Shown here: positions 53,627 through 63,227 of the stretch, piece after piece
How positions within the stretch are numbered: position 1 is the stretch's first letter
Layout: every line of letters begins with the position of its first letter
From: an uncultured Spirochaetota bacterium
Lineage (GTDB): Bacteria; Spirochaetota; Brevinematia; Brevinematales; JAOACQ01
Length of the DNA stretch: 64,000 nucleotides
Direction: 5' to 3'
Assembly (NCBI GenBank): GCA_963835575.1
Contig: CAWIGG010000002.1
Location: 1,696,001-1,760,000 of the forward strand
Position numbers and translations under genes: made by a program
Notes under the pieces: generated by a model
What the model saw: only the letters and a program-made list of their open reading frames with translations
Database searches by the model: none
Told to the model about the DNA's origin: nothing

Positions 53627-55327
53627 CAGACTGTGTGAAAAAGGCGGTGTAAGACAATAAAGGCGGAGAAAAATCCTCAAATTTATTTTAATAAGGTATA
53701 ATATGTAATCAAATTTGAGGTGTGTAAGATGAACCATATAACAGGAGAGCCAAGAGACCAGATAGTACTTTACGCGGAAACTATTGATGGTTTGATAGAA
53801 GAGAAGAACCCTGTAAGAATTATAGACGCATATGTGAGCAGACTAAACATCAGGAGGTTGGGATTCAAAATTAAAGAGGCGAAAAAAGGGCGTCCATCCT
53901 ACACAGCGGATGTATTGTTGAAAATATATATTTACGGATATTTGAACAAAGTCAGGACCACGAGGAAATTAGAAAACGAATGTAAAAGGAATACGGAACT
54001 GATATGGCTGACCTGCCGCTTAGCGCCTGATTTTAAGACCATAGCGGATTTCAGAAGGGATAATATTAAGGGCATAAAAAACATTTTCAAAGAGTTTTTG
54101 AAAGTATGCCGCAAATTAGAACTGCTGACATTTAAATTAACAGCGACAGATGGAACGAAAATAAGTGGGCAAAACAGTCTGGGTAATATTTATAGGCGGG
54201 AAAGCATTGAAGGAGTTGAGAAAAAGATTAATGAAAAAATAGACAAATATCTTTTGGAATTGGATAAAAATGATAAATCGGAAGAAAACGAGTTTGAGTT
54301 TTTATCCAGCAACATTGAAAAAAAGCTGGACAGCCTCAAGACAAGAAAAGAAAAAGTAGAAGCGATAAAAAAAATGTTTGAGGCCGATCCGGAACTTGAA
54401 ATCGTTTACGGGAATGATCCCGACGGCAGAATTGGGAAAGATAAAGGGAAAACGGATGTTTTGTACAACGCGCAGATAGCAGTGGACGAAAAGAATAAAT
54501 TGATTGTCGCGGTGGATGTAACCAATGAAAGTAATGATGTTCATCAAGCGGGAAATATGGTTAATAAAGTTGAAGAAATAAAGAAAGAACTTGAAGCCGA
54601 ACCGGGATTAAAAACCATACATGTCCTGGATGCCGGATATTATTGCGAAAGTGAGATATTACCGCTTACAGACGGGGGTCATGAAATCTATATTCCAAGC
54701 CCGCGCGATGAAAAAGAAAAAAAGTCCAGGTACAAAGAGCAGCAGAAAGAAAGTATCCCGGCAAAAGGATATCTGGCAGAAGATTTCAAGATTGATAAAG
54801 AGAAGAACCAGTTGATTTGTCCGCAAGGATTACGATTAAATAATCAAAGTGTATATCAGGATAAAAACACGGGGATTACTGTAGCGGAATTCAAGTGCAG
54901 GAACGAGAATTGTGAGAAGAAGCATTTATGCACAAAAAGCAAAGAAGGCAGGACGGTAAAGTTATCGGTGCGAAAGGAAGATATGGATAAATTCGATGAG
55001 AAGGTCCGAAGTGAATTGGGGCAAAAGATTGTTGCAATCAGAAAAGAGTTGGCAGAACATCCATTTGGAACAATAAAAGGAAATTTTGGTTATAATAATT
55101 TCTTGCTGAAGGGGATTGATAAAGTAAAAAGCGAGTTTAATTTCACGGCATTTATCTATAATTTTAAAAGAGTTCTGAATATTGCTGGTTTTGATAAGTT
55201 ATTAGCCGCAATATAGTCTGAATTTCAATGATTATCAGTAATTTTTTATTCAGGCTCTTCTTTAAAGTAAGCAGGAACCTTTAGATGGCTGATCTTATAA
55301 ATGTATTCTCTTTTTTCACACAGTCTG
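53627..55327 (+). mobile_element. IS1182-family insertion sequence
   Basis: Perfect 16-bp TIR CAGACTGTGTGAAAAA; apparent 3-bp duplication TCA; inserted in a REP-like unit. Confidence 0.9.
53720..55216 (+). CDS. IS1182-family transposase
   Basis: GRPSY, PDFKTIADFR, DGTKI, YNAQ, DAGY and EHPFGTIK motifs. Confidence 0.93.
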   Translation: MCKMNHITGEPRDQIVLYAETIDGLIEEKNPVRIIDAYVSRLNIRRLGFKIKEAKKGRPSYTADVLLKIYIYGYLNKVRTTRKLENECKRNTELIWLTCRLAPDFKTIADFRRDNIKGIKNIFKEFLKVCRKLELLTFKLTATDGTKISGQNSLGNIYRRESIEGVEKKINEKIDKYLLELDKNDKSEENEFEFLSSNIEKKLDSLKTRKEKVEAIKKMFEADPELEIVYGNDPDGRIGKDKGKTDVLYNAQIAVDEKNKLIVAVDVTNESNDVHQAGNMVNKVEEIKKELEAEPGLKTIHVLDAGYYCESEILPLTDGGHEIYIPSPRDEKEKKSRYKEQQKESIPAKGYLAEDFKIDKEKNQLICPQGLRLNNQSVYQDKNTGITVAEFKCRNENCEKKHLCTKSKEGRTVKLSVRKEDMDKFDEKVRSELGQKIVAIRKELAEHPFGTIKGNFGYNNFLLKGIDKVKSEFNFTAFIYNFKRVLNIAGFDKLLAAI

Positions 55328-55466
55328 TCAGTGCGCTCTGTGGTGAAAAAAACAATTAATAATCTTCAACATGAATATTTAATAATAATTACTTGTTTAA
55401 TATCAAATTAACTTATTTTAGCTCAGACACTAATTAATAATATCGAATTATTTAAGGAAGCCATTT

Positions 55467-56801
55467 ATGCCTCAATTTTATTCATTAATAATTGGATTTA
55501 CAAAAAGAACCTCATATTCGCTGGCCAAAGCGCTGCTGGAAAAGGGTGAAAATATCATTATATCCGATACCGCTTTTGATGAAGAAAAAAAGTCACTGCT
55601 TAAAGACCTGAAAATTAAAGGAACTTTAATTGACCTCCTGGGAAATCAAAGCCCCGGGATTCTCGATCAATATCCCGTGAATTTAGTTCTGCCGAGCCCG
55701 GGAGTGCCCTTATCCATACCTCTGATAAAAGAAGCAAAAAAAAGAGGCATACCAGTCCTGGGAGATATAGAATTATTTTACGAATCTTATCCGCATAACA
55801 CTTATATCGGGATAACAGGGACTGACGGAAAAACAACCACCACAACTCTGACGCATGAAATGATAAAAAAGGAAAAAAACGCATTAATCGGAGGAAATGT
55901 TGGAATTCCGATATTTGAATATTATCAAACAATCAAAAATGATTCCATCCTGGTATTGGAACTGTCCAGCTTCCAGCTGGAAGCCATCCGGGAATTCCGG
56001 CCGAAAATAGCCGCTCTCCTGAATATAGCCGAGGACCATCTCGACCGTTATGATTCTCTCAAGTCCTATATAAAAGCGAAAAAGAATATTTTTATGAATC
56101 AGAATAAGGATGATTTTGCCGTACTCAACCTCGATTCTCCTTTCTATAAAACAATAAAAAAGGGATTAAAATCAAACATTCTGACTTTCAGCATCAGCAG
56201 CGCAAAAGCGGATATCTATTTTAAGAATAAATGTATCTATCTGCATGGAAATAAATTTATAGACCGGGATGATATAAAGCTGAAAGGCATCCATAATGTG
56301 GAAAACGCCATGGCTTCAATATTGACGGCTTCTTATTCCGGAGTTTCAGACAGCGCTATAATCACAACACTCAGGGAATTTTCCGGCCTGGAACACCGCC
56401 TTGAATTTGTCCGGGAATTGTCCGGTGTGGAATTTTATAACGATTCCAAATCCACGACAGTCAATGCGCTGGAAAAGGCTTTGCTGAGTTTTGACAGGCC
56501 TGTTATCCTCATCGCCGGAGGCCGGGACAAAGGGCTTGACTTTACAAAAATACGGAAACTCGCGCATCAGAAATTAAAAGAGCTTGTTCTCATCGGGGAA
56601 GCATCGGAAAAAATAAAAAAAGAGCTGGATTTTGAGCCTTGTTATGAAGCCCGCGATTTGTCCGACGCTGTACACCATTCAATCAAAGCTTCCCGGGCAG
56701 GTGATATCATAATAGTTTCACCAGGCTGCGCCAGTTTTGATATGTTTAAAAATTATGAAGAGAGGGGAAAGAAGTTTAAAGAAATTGTAATGTCACTATA
56801 A
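55467..56801 (+). CDS. murD: UDP-N-acetylmuramoyl-L-alanine--D-glutamate ligase
   Basis: SPGVP, ITGTDGKTT, ELSSFQL, DHLDRY, NDSKST and SPGCASFDMF motifs. Confidence 0.96.
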   Translation: MPQFYSLIIGFTKRTSYSLAKALLEKGENIIISDTAFDEEKKSLLKDLKIKGTLIDLLGNQSPGILDQYPVNLVLPSPGVPLSIPLIKEAKKRGIPVLGDIELFYESYPHNTYIGITGTDGKTTTTTLTHEMIKKEKNALIGGNVGIPIFEYYQTIKNDSILVLELSSFQLEAIREFRPKIAALLNIAEDHLDRYDSLKSYIKAKKNIFMNQNKDDFAVLNLDSPFYKTIKKGLKSNILTFSISSAKADIYFKNKCIYLHGNKFIDRDDIKLKGIHNVENAMASILTASYSGVSDSAIITTLREFSGLEHRLEFVRELSGVEFYNDSKSTTVNALEKALLSFDRPVILIAGGRDKGLDFTKIRKLAHQKLKELVLIGEASEKIKKELDFEPCYEARDLSDAVHHSIKASRAGDIIIVSPGCASFDMFKNYEERGKKFKEIVMSL

Positions 56802-56914
56802 GACAGTCATCAGTTAAAAGCCTTCAGCATCATCTAAGACTGATTGTAACTTTAATGTCGTTTATTTTTATTCAATTAAAATAATGATTTAGATGTGAAC
56901 TTTCTTTAAGCCGG

Positions 56915-57208
56915 CTATTCCTTTATTACTTCGATTTGCTTTCTGATGTTTTTGAACCTTCTATCAACACTGCCCAATGCTTCGGCCACTTTTTTCCGCA
57001 GATAATAGAGACCGCCGGCGTATTTAACCAGCACTCCATTATACATTATCTTGGTCCTGTCTGAAATATAATCGACAACACCGACTATATCCACTCTGGA
57101 CCAATCATTACAGGCCACAAGTTCCGGCAATTTAGTTAATGTAGTAGAAGTTATACTTTCATTTTTAACAGCATCAATATACATTTTAGCGATAGAACTG
57201 TGATCCAT
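56915..57208 (-). CDS. Hypothetical protein (97 aa)
   Basis: GGAGG RBS; natural-looking composition; lies directly downstream of the 6S-like RNA. Confidence 0.7.
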   Translation of the reverse strand: MDHSSIAKMYIDAVKNESITSTTLTKLPELVACNDWSRVDIVGVVDYISDRTKIMYNGVLVKYAGGLYYLRKKVAEALGSVDRRFKNIRKQIEVIKE

Positions 57209-57231
57209 AATGCCTCCGCTTTTATATAAAA

Positions 57232-57415
57232 CCCAGGGTACCGTAAGAAACCTTTTTGGTCCCTTATTAAAAAGTGGAATTCTTACCTATACTTCCAGTT
57301 TCCCTGCGGACAATACAAAAGTACTGAAGGAGAGAGGCAATTCCATATAGAGTTCGGAATTCCAAAGAATGGATATAGAACCCAAAAATATCCTATTCTA
57401 CACGAGTACCCCAGG
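57232..57415 (-). ncRNA. ssrS: Candidate 6S RNA
   Basis: About 184 nt intergenic rod. Closing stem CCTGGGGTAC.CGT/ACGGTACCCTGGG, then TTTTTGG/CCAAAAA, an unpaired central bubble, TGGAATTC/GAATTCCA and an apical stem. Confidence 0.6.
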
Positions 57416-57422
57416 CATTATT

Positions 57423-57887
57423 CTATATTTTAATAAAACTTAAAAATAAAACCCAATGGACCGGAGTGACAATGGCATTAATTAATGAACCAGGCACCGT
57501 ATTAGGAATTAATTTAAAATAATCCAGATAAAGTACAATGAATCCTGAAATCAGCCAGCCCTGAATAACACCGACCAGAAAACCAAGAAAATAATTCAAT
57601 ACATTCTGATTCGTGTCCGCCGCCGGTTTCTTTAAAACGCTTCTAAACACAAGATAAAAAATAACCGTGCCGATAAAGCCTATGATTAAAGAAATCAAAA
57701 GAGAGGATTGCGGTTTCTGCATCAGCTCCGCTATCTTAACAATGATACCGGACAGAAGCATGGGCAGTGCTATGCGCAATAAAGAATTCAACGCGGGAAA
57801 GAAACCCGCTCTTGTCGACATATAAGCGCAGATCCCGATAATTATTATAAATATTATCAGAAATATAATATAAGAAACGCTCATCAT
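57423..57887 (-). CDS. CvpA/colicin V production-like membrane protein
   Basis: Four TM segments; RAGFF...LNYFLGFLVGVIQG pattern. Confidence 0.65.
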   Translation of the reverse strand: MMSVSYIIFLIIFIIIIGICAYMSTRAGFFPALNSLLRIALPMLLSGIIVKIAELMQKPQSSLLISLIIGFIGTVIFYLVFRSVLKKPAADTNQNVLNYFLGFLVGVIQGWLISGFIVLYLDYFKLIPNTVPGSLINAIVTPVHWVLFLSFIKI

Positions 57888-57951
57888 TTCCTCCTTATTT
57901 ACTTACTATAGTAATAATAAAATTATTAAGGCAAAATGTCAAGCGGCCGTA

Positions 57952-57980
57952 TTGACTAATTTAAATCAAGCCCTTATAAT
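57952..57980 (+). promoter_or_regulatory. Sigma70-type promoter of miaA
   Basis: TTGACT-N17-TATAAT; a divergent TTGACA lies at 57942-57937 on the minus strand. Confidence 0.6.
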
Positions 57981-58012
57981 TGGTCAAATTTTATTAAAAA
58001 GACAAATCTATT

Positions 58013-58933
58013 ATGAATAACAAATTGAAAAAGAAAGCGCTTGGTATTTTAGGGCCGACTGCCGCCGGTAAAACTCAAACCGCGGTCTCTCTGGCCCAGC
58101 TTTTCAGCGGCGAAGTTGTTTCCTGCGATTCGGTCCAGATCTATAAACGCCTTAACATCGGGTCCGCCAAGCCGGCGCCGGAAGAAATAAAAAACATTCC
58201 CTATCATCTCATAGATATATTCGACCCGGATTTTCAGATTGACGCCGGAATATATAAAAAAATGGCGGAAGAAGCTATTTTAAATATCATTGATTCCGGA
58301 AAGCTGCCAATTATTACGGGCGGAACCGGAATGTACTTTAACTCCCTTTACTATGGTTTTTTTGAAGGCCCGGGCCGGGATAATGAGTTCCGGAAAGAAC
58401 TGGAAAAAAGAGCTTCTTTAGAAGGGCTAGGATCACTTTATGCGGAAATGAAAAAAAATGACGCGGAATACTCGGTAAAAGTCCAGCCGAATGACAAAAG
58501 GCGGATCATCCGAGCGCTGGAAGTTTATCATAAAACAGGCATTCCCTTCTCAAAAATCCGCAGTTGCAATCAGAAACTTGATCTGGAATGGTTCATCATC
58601 GGTCTGGAATGTGATAGAAAAATCCTCTATGAAAAAATCGAGGAACGGGTCGATCAAATGGTCCAAAGCGGACTTGTTGAGGAGACAGAAGGCATTATTA
58701 AGGACTTCGGCGCCGGCGCTTTCGCTCTTGGATGCATCGGCTACCGTCATGCCTTGAATTATATTGAAGGTAAATGGAACTTTGAACAGTTTGTTTATAA
58801 TTTAAAACTGGACACCCGGCATTATGCCAAGCGCCAGATGACATGGTTTAAGAAGATCAAAGAAATCCATTGGCACCGAATAGAAGATTGGGAAGAAATC
58901 GTAAAGGCTGTTAAATTATTCTTGTCTGAATAA
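58013..58933 (+). CDS. miaA: tRNA dimethylallyltransferase
   Basis: GPTAAGKT, DSVQIY, IGSAKP, GGTGMY and YAKRQMTWF motifs. Confidence 0.96.
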   Translation: MNNKLKKKALGILGPTAAGKTQTAVSLAQLFSGEVVSCDSVQIYKRLNIGSAKPAPEEIKNIPYHLIDIFDPDFQIDAGIYKKMAEEAILNIIDSGKLPIITGGTGMYFNSLYYGFFEGPGRDNEFRKELEKRASLEGLGSLYAEMKKNDAEYSVKVQPNDKRRIIRALEVYHKTGIPFSKIRSCNQKLDLEWFIIGLECDRKILYEKIEERVDQMVQSGLVEETEGIIKDFGAGAFALGCIGYRHALNYIEGKWNFEQFVYNLKLDTRHYAKRQMTWFKKIKEIHWHRIEDWEEIVKAVKLFLSE

Positions 58934-58951
58934 AATCATTAAGGAAATTTT

Positions 58952-59938
58952 ATGAATATTGTTTTATGCCTTTCCAGACCTCTTGATTTGTCTCCTATCT
59001 ATAAAAGTCCTGTTCCGCTGGAGCTTCTTAATACCGGCAATTCATCCCTCTATGACAGTAATTATTCTCTCTGGCGCAAATTTTTTCCAGACGCTTCTTT
59101 TTATGTAATCGACTGCGGGCCCAGGCCGGTTTTTTCTGAACTGTCAGGCAATGCTGATAGTCTGAATATTCCCTCAGCCAGTCTTTTTTCGAAAACCTTC
59201 CTGTTTTCAACATTTTCGGGAGCTTTTTCATTATCTCCGGTAACCCTCTTCGTTCCTGCAAATCTTCAATCTAAAATTCTGGATAAGCTCTGTTTAAAGA
59301 TCCGTAAAGTTTTAAAAAACCCGGTTTCTTCAGACTCTTTTACATTCTTTTCATCCAGAGAGGGTAATCATTCTCATTCAATAGAGAAAGGGGACCAGCT
59401 CTTTCTGGAAAAAGAATTTGAGCTTTATTCCATTAAAAAATTCACACCCCTGACTACAACACTCCTCTGGAAGGAAAAGCACCCGGATGCGAAAGAGAGC
59501 CCGTATTTGTCCGGCAATTCCGTTTTTCTCATGAACACATTCCGTTTTAAAGATTTCCTTTCCTCTGCGGATGAAGAGCTTTATGAACTTTTCCATCTTA
59601 TCGAAAACAGCTGGAAAGACCGCTCATCCCTCCAAAACATCCTGGCTGATGCTGTTCAGCTTCTGGATTCATTTTCTTTTGAGGAAATGATCGTAAAAAT
59701 GGAAGACAGATTTGTAACTCCTTTTGAAGGCGGTTTTGAGGAAATCAATACATTTTCAAGACTTCTAAAGACACTGCCCCGCAATGATCATGGAAATTTT
59801 ATTTCCGGCAGCGCGGAAGTGTCTGATGTAACCGATTCCCTTATTCTGAATTACAGCAACAAAAGAATAGTTTTAAACCGCCTGAAGAATATACTGGCGC
59901 TTTCTTCGAATAATGGAACAAGAATAGAAAGCTTATAA
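58952..59938 (+). CDS. Degenerate mannose-1-phosphate guanylyltransferase (ManC)-like protein
   Basis: Motif spacing follows ManC and includes the C-terminal beta-helix region (NDHGNFISG), but the GGxGxR and FxEKP motifs are absent. Confidence 0.55.
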   Translation: MNIVLCLSRPLDLSPIYKSPVPLELLNTGNSSLYDSNYSLWRKFFPDASFYVIDCGPRPVFSELSGNADSLNIPSASLFSKTFLFSTFSGAFSLSPVTLFVPANLQSKILDKLCLKIRKVLKNPVSSDSFTFFSSREGNHSHSIEKGDQLFLEKEFELYSIKKFTPLTTTLLWKEKHPDAKESPYLSGNSVFLMNTFRFKDFLSSADEELYELFHLIENSWKDRSSLQNILADAVQLLDSFSFEEMIVKMEDRFVTPFEGGFEEINTFSRLLKTLPRNDHGNFISGSAEVSDVTDSLILNYSNKRIVLNRLKNILALSSNNGTRIESL

Positions 59939-60652
59939 TTTTATCCGGGATTTAACAACGGCGCCGGGCGCGATCTCCAGCGTATCCATATATTCCACCT
60001 GGTCGATCTCGCATTTATCGCCGATGATGATTTTATTTCCGCGGACGGTTTTCGCAACCGTATACTCCAATGTAATATTCGTTCCTTCAATCTGCTCCGT
60101 TACCAGCCGGTCTTTCCTGCCGAATAGTGAAAGAAACAGGCTGAAATCCATAAACTTTCCATGTTTTATCACGATCTCTTCGCCGCCTATTTCACGGGCA
60201 TAACAGTTCCAGCCGAATTTAATATCGATATTATTTGCGTTGAGAAGCCCGTTGACTTTAAAACCGCCTCTGGAACGGAACTCTTCCGCTTCGAGCCCTT
60301 CCCCGCTTGAAATAAAGCCGCTGGAATCAATTAATTGGGCTTTGATCCCTCCCCCGACTTTAAAGCTGCCGTTCACTGTCATTTCCCCGGCTTTAAGATT
60401 TCCGTCAATCGTCAACGCTCCGCTGTCCCTGATCACTTTACTTTCAACATTCCCTGTAATTGTTGCTGTCCCGCTCACTTTCATTTTCTGTAAATCAGCG
60501 TTTCCTTTGATTTTACCCATTCCGGAAATACTCAAAGTTTCGGCTTTAATATCACCGTTAATGTCCCCCATACCCGAAATGCTGATATCCCGGTATGTTC
60601 CTCCGGCGAACTTGCCGAACCCCGAGATTTTAATATCAGAAATATTCTCCAT
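59933..60652 (-). CDS. Polymer-forming cytoskeletal (bactofilin-like, Bacillus YhbE/F-like) protein
   Basis: Repeated beta-helix units ISGxGxIxGxxxA; IEGTNITLEYTVAKTVRG...VEY C-terminus. Confidence 0.8.
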   Translation of the reverse strand: MENISDIKISGFGKFAGGTYRDISISGMGDINGDIKAETLSISGMGKIKGNADLQKMKVSGTATITGNVESKVIRDSGALTIDGNLKAGEMTVNGSFKVGGGIKAQLIDSSGFISSGEGLEAEEFRSRGGFKVNGLLNANNIDIKFGWNCYAREIGGEEIVIKHGKFMDFSLFLSLFGRKDRLVTEQIEGTNITLEYTVAKTVRGNKIIIGDKCEIDQVEYMDTLEIAPGAVVKSRIKL

Positions 60653-60697
60653 AATTATTCCTCCTTGGAGTTTCTATATCATTTAACAGTCAGCCCA

Positions 60698-61333
60698 TTA
60701 TTTGATCTTCTCTTTTAAATTCATATTAAGTTCCTTTGAAATTTCATCCAGATCATATACCTTCAATTCCTGTGTATTTTTGTCATAAAACAGCCTGGCG
60801 TCCTGTTTCGCCATCAAATAATAATTTTCCGTATTCTTTTTACAGACGATGAACCGGTAAGCAGTATCTTTTAAAACCGGCAGCCAGTTATCCATGCTGT
60901 CTATGATTTCCATCATTTTATCCCCTGAAAACCCCAGGTCGCTTTTCAATTTCCCCAGGAGGGAAATAAAGATCAATTCAATAAAATTAAATCGGTCTTT
61001 TTGAAGAGCCTTTTCAAATAACGCCAGAATTTCCGGGTCCAGGCCTGCCGCCTCATTCAGGTCGCCGGCATTAAAAGTCAGTTTAGTCAACTCAGGCGAG
61101 ATCATATTAGCCAGCTCTTCCAGGGAATAGCGGTCTTTCAATTCAAGAATACCGGAAATTCTATTGAGTATTTTTTTCCTCGGAAAAAAGGTTTCCTGTC
61201 CTGTGAAAGAAGCTTTTTTAATAAACCAAGCTTCCGGCAGAAGATTTTCCCGCTTCCAGCGGTAGAGCTGGCCGTAGGATATTTTTGTCAATTGCAGTAA
61301 ATCCTTTTTTGAAATCAGATCATTTTCTTCCAT
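60698..61333 (-). CDS. YhbD/DUF4004-family protein (MerR-like HTH N-terminus)
   Basis: LISKKDLL...ISYGQLYRWKR..LLPEAWFIKKASFTGQETFFPR. Confidence 0.85.
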   Translation of the reverse strand: MEENDLISKKDLLQLTKISYGQLYRWKRENLLPEAWFIKKASFTGQETFFPRKKILNRISGILELKDRYSLEELANMISPELTKLTFNAGDLNEAAGLDPEILALFEKALQKDRFNFIELIFISLLGKLKSDLGFSGDKMMEIIDSMDNWLPVLKDTAYRFIVCKKNTENYYLMAKQDARLFYDKNTQELKVYDLDEISKELNMNLKEKIK

Positions 61334-61378
61334 GTATATCCCCTAACATAACATTTGTTCTGCAAATTTAATCACATT

Positions 61379-61434
61379 AACGCAACAATGTTTTGTTACG
61401 TTAATAATATAACATAACATTGTTACGTTGTCAA
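61379..61434 (-). promoter_or_regulatory. Promoter and repeated operator upstream of the yhbD-like gene
   Basis: Minus-strand TTGACA-N17-TATATT. A 20-bp inverted pair at 61379-61398/61410-61429 (18/20) overlaps the spacer. Confidence 0.6.
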
Positions 61435-61562
61435 GATTTTTAAAATAATTTTTTATAATGCATCATTTTTATAGAAAATTAAGTTTATAAATTAACTAAT
61501 AGCTTTGAAATTTTTATTTTGTCGGGTTTGATCTTTAGCGGGCGTTAAAAGCAGATGTTTAA

Positions 61563-61597
61563 CACTGCCAGTATTTGACAGTGATCAATATTATGAT
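61563..61597 (+). promoter_or_regulatory. Putative WYL-dependent promoter/operator 1
   Basis: caCTGCCA-gtatt-TGACAG-N10-TATGAT. Confidence 0.6.
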
Positions 61598-61628
61598 TTA
61601 TTATAAACATTATCAGGAGGATATATTT

Positions 61629-62540
61629 ATGAAAACATCCACACCGAAATTTTCCAATTTTCTGAGAATTTTTGAAATACTGTCTGAGACCAGATGGACA
61701 AAAGCTTTTGAAATCGCCATGGAATTGGATGTCTCAGAAAGGACTATCTGGCGGTATATCGCACAGATCAATGATGGATTCCCTGATTACCCTGTTATTG
61801 AAAGTTCGAAAGAGGGATATCGGCTGGTTAAAAACGATTTTTTAACTTTTCTCAGGAAACGGGAAGATGATTCCTTTGCATTAGAAGCCGTACTTAGTCA
61901 ATCACCGCTTGGCACGATTATTTCCAGAAAATCAGGGGGACAGGAAGTATTTTTATCCAAGCTGGCCGGCCGGCTGGAATTGAAAACCAGTATTCCGGCT
62001 GATAAACTTCGCCCGATATTTAATGCGCTCATGAAGTCAAGGTGCCTGATAACGCAATACCATAAGAACAAAGAAATTAATTCTATAGAATTCGTTCCAT
62101 TACGTCTGGTTATGGAACACAATATTCCCTATCTTAATATACTGGATTTAGATGACGTAATAATTAAACTCATTGCCATCGACAAAATGGAAGAAATCCG
62201 GATTTCCGAAAAGATCGTCGATCCGAAAGAAATTGAAAAACACCGGCTTTTCCTGCAAAGCGCCTGGGGAATAATGATAACAGAAAATATTCATAACGTC
62301 AGGTTTCAGGTGATCAGTGATATTTTACCCTATTTCAAAAATACGTCTATTCATTCTTCTCAAAAGTTTATTACAGTTGATAACCCGTTTTCGGTGATCA
62401 GTGTGGATGTACATAATCTGAGAGAATTTGTCCGTTTTACGCTCCGTTTCGGAAGAGCGATAAAGATCATTGATCCAGAGGAAGCGATAGAGGAAGTACA
62501 TGAATTTCTGGAAGATATGCTGAATTATTATAAAAAATAA
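61629..62540 (+). CDS. HTH-WYL-WCX transcriptional regulator
   Basis: wHTH (AFEIAMELDVSERTIWRYI), WYL-like FVPLRL...IAIDKM, WCX-like HSSQ...FGRAIKIIDP. ATG at 61629 follows AGGAGG. Confidence 0.85.
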   Translation: MKTSTPKFSNFLRIFEILSETRWTKAFEIAMELDVSERTIWRYIAQINDGFPDYPVIESSKEGYRLVKNDFLTFLRKREDDSFALEAVLSQSPLGTIISRKSGGQEVFLSKLAGRLELKTSIPADKLRPIFNALMKSRCLITQYHKNKEINSIEFVPLRLVMEHNIPYLNILDLDDVIIKLIAIDKMEEIRISEKIVDPKEIEKHRLFLQSAWGIMITENIHNVRFQVISDILPYFKNTSIHSSQKFITVDNPFSVISVDVHNLREFVRFTLRFGRAIKIIDPEEAIEEVHEFLEDMLNYYKK

Positions 62541-62560
62541 ATTCCACTTAAATTATTATC

Positions 62561-62594
62561 CCTGACTAAATATGACAGGATGATAAAGTACCAT
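62561..62594 (+). promoter_or_regulatory. Putative WYL-dependent promoter/operator 2
   Basis: cCTGACT-aaata-TGACAG-N10-TACCAT, the same architecture as site 1. Confidence 0.6.
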
Positions 62595-62681
62595 TTCATA
62601 TCAGATAATTTTAAAGAATTAAAATACAGATTTGTATTTTAATGGACTATAAAATAATTTAAGAAAATAAGGAGTAAATTT

Positions 62682-63227
62682 ATGAAGAACATCAACAAAT
62701 ATTCCTTACTGTTAATTCTCACTTTTATACCAATGATTGTATTCGCACAGCAGAAAAGTAGAAATTACTTAGACTATCCTATTGAATATACCCAGATATC
62801 AGGTGTTTTTAAAGGAAAACCGACACCAAGAATGTTATTCTATACACCAGGCAACCTTGTTAATATTACAAATGAAAATGGTATAACTTTAATCTGCAGA
62901 ATAGATAAAAAGACAAGAAAAAACAACGGTGAAACTTATTATCTCTCATTAAATCAGGGTAAAAAGAAAATATTGTTATTTCAAATATCACTTCAAATAA
63001 ATGATGATGAAGAATGCAGCTACATGACCTATTTTAAAGTAAAAAATGTTGAATCCGGTTTAATTTCAGAGTTTAGTTATGACGCTGATGATACAGTGAC
63101 ATCTTTTGGCCGCATAATGGGCGGATTCTCTGGAACAGCTCAATATATGTTTAATATTGATCAATTGAATAAAAGTTTTGAGGATAAAAGTGATTCGAAT
63201 ACAACAAACAAATCTTTATCGGAATAG
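62682..63227 (+). CDS. Secreted hypothetical protein
   Basis: Signal peptide ending VFA; AAGGAG RBS; AT-rich. Confidence 0.7.
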   Translation: MKNINKYSLLLILTFIPMIVFAQQKSRNYLDYPIEYTQISGVFKGKPTPRMLFYTPGNLVNITNENGITLICRIDKKTRKNNGETYYLSLNQGKKKILLFQISLQINDDEECSYMTYFKVKNVESGLISEFSYDADDTVTSFGRIMGGFSGTAQYMFNIDQLNKSFEDKSDSNTTNKSLSE

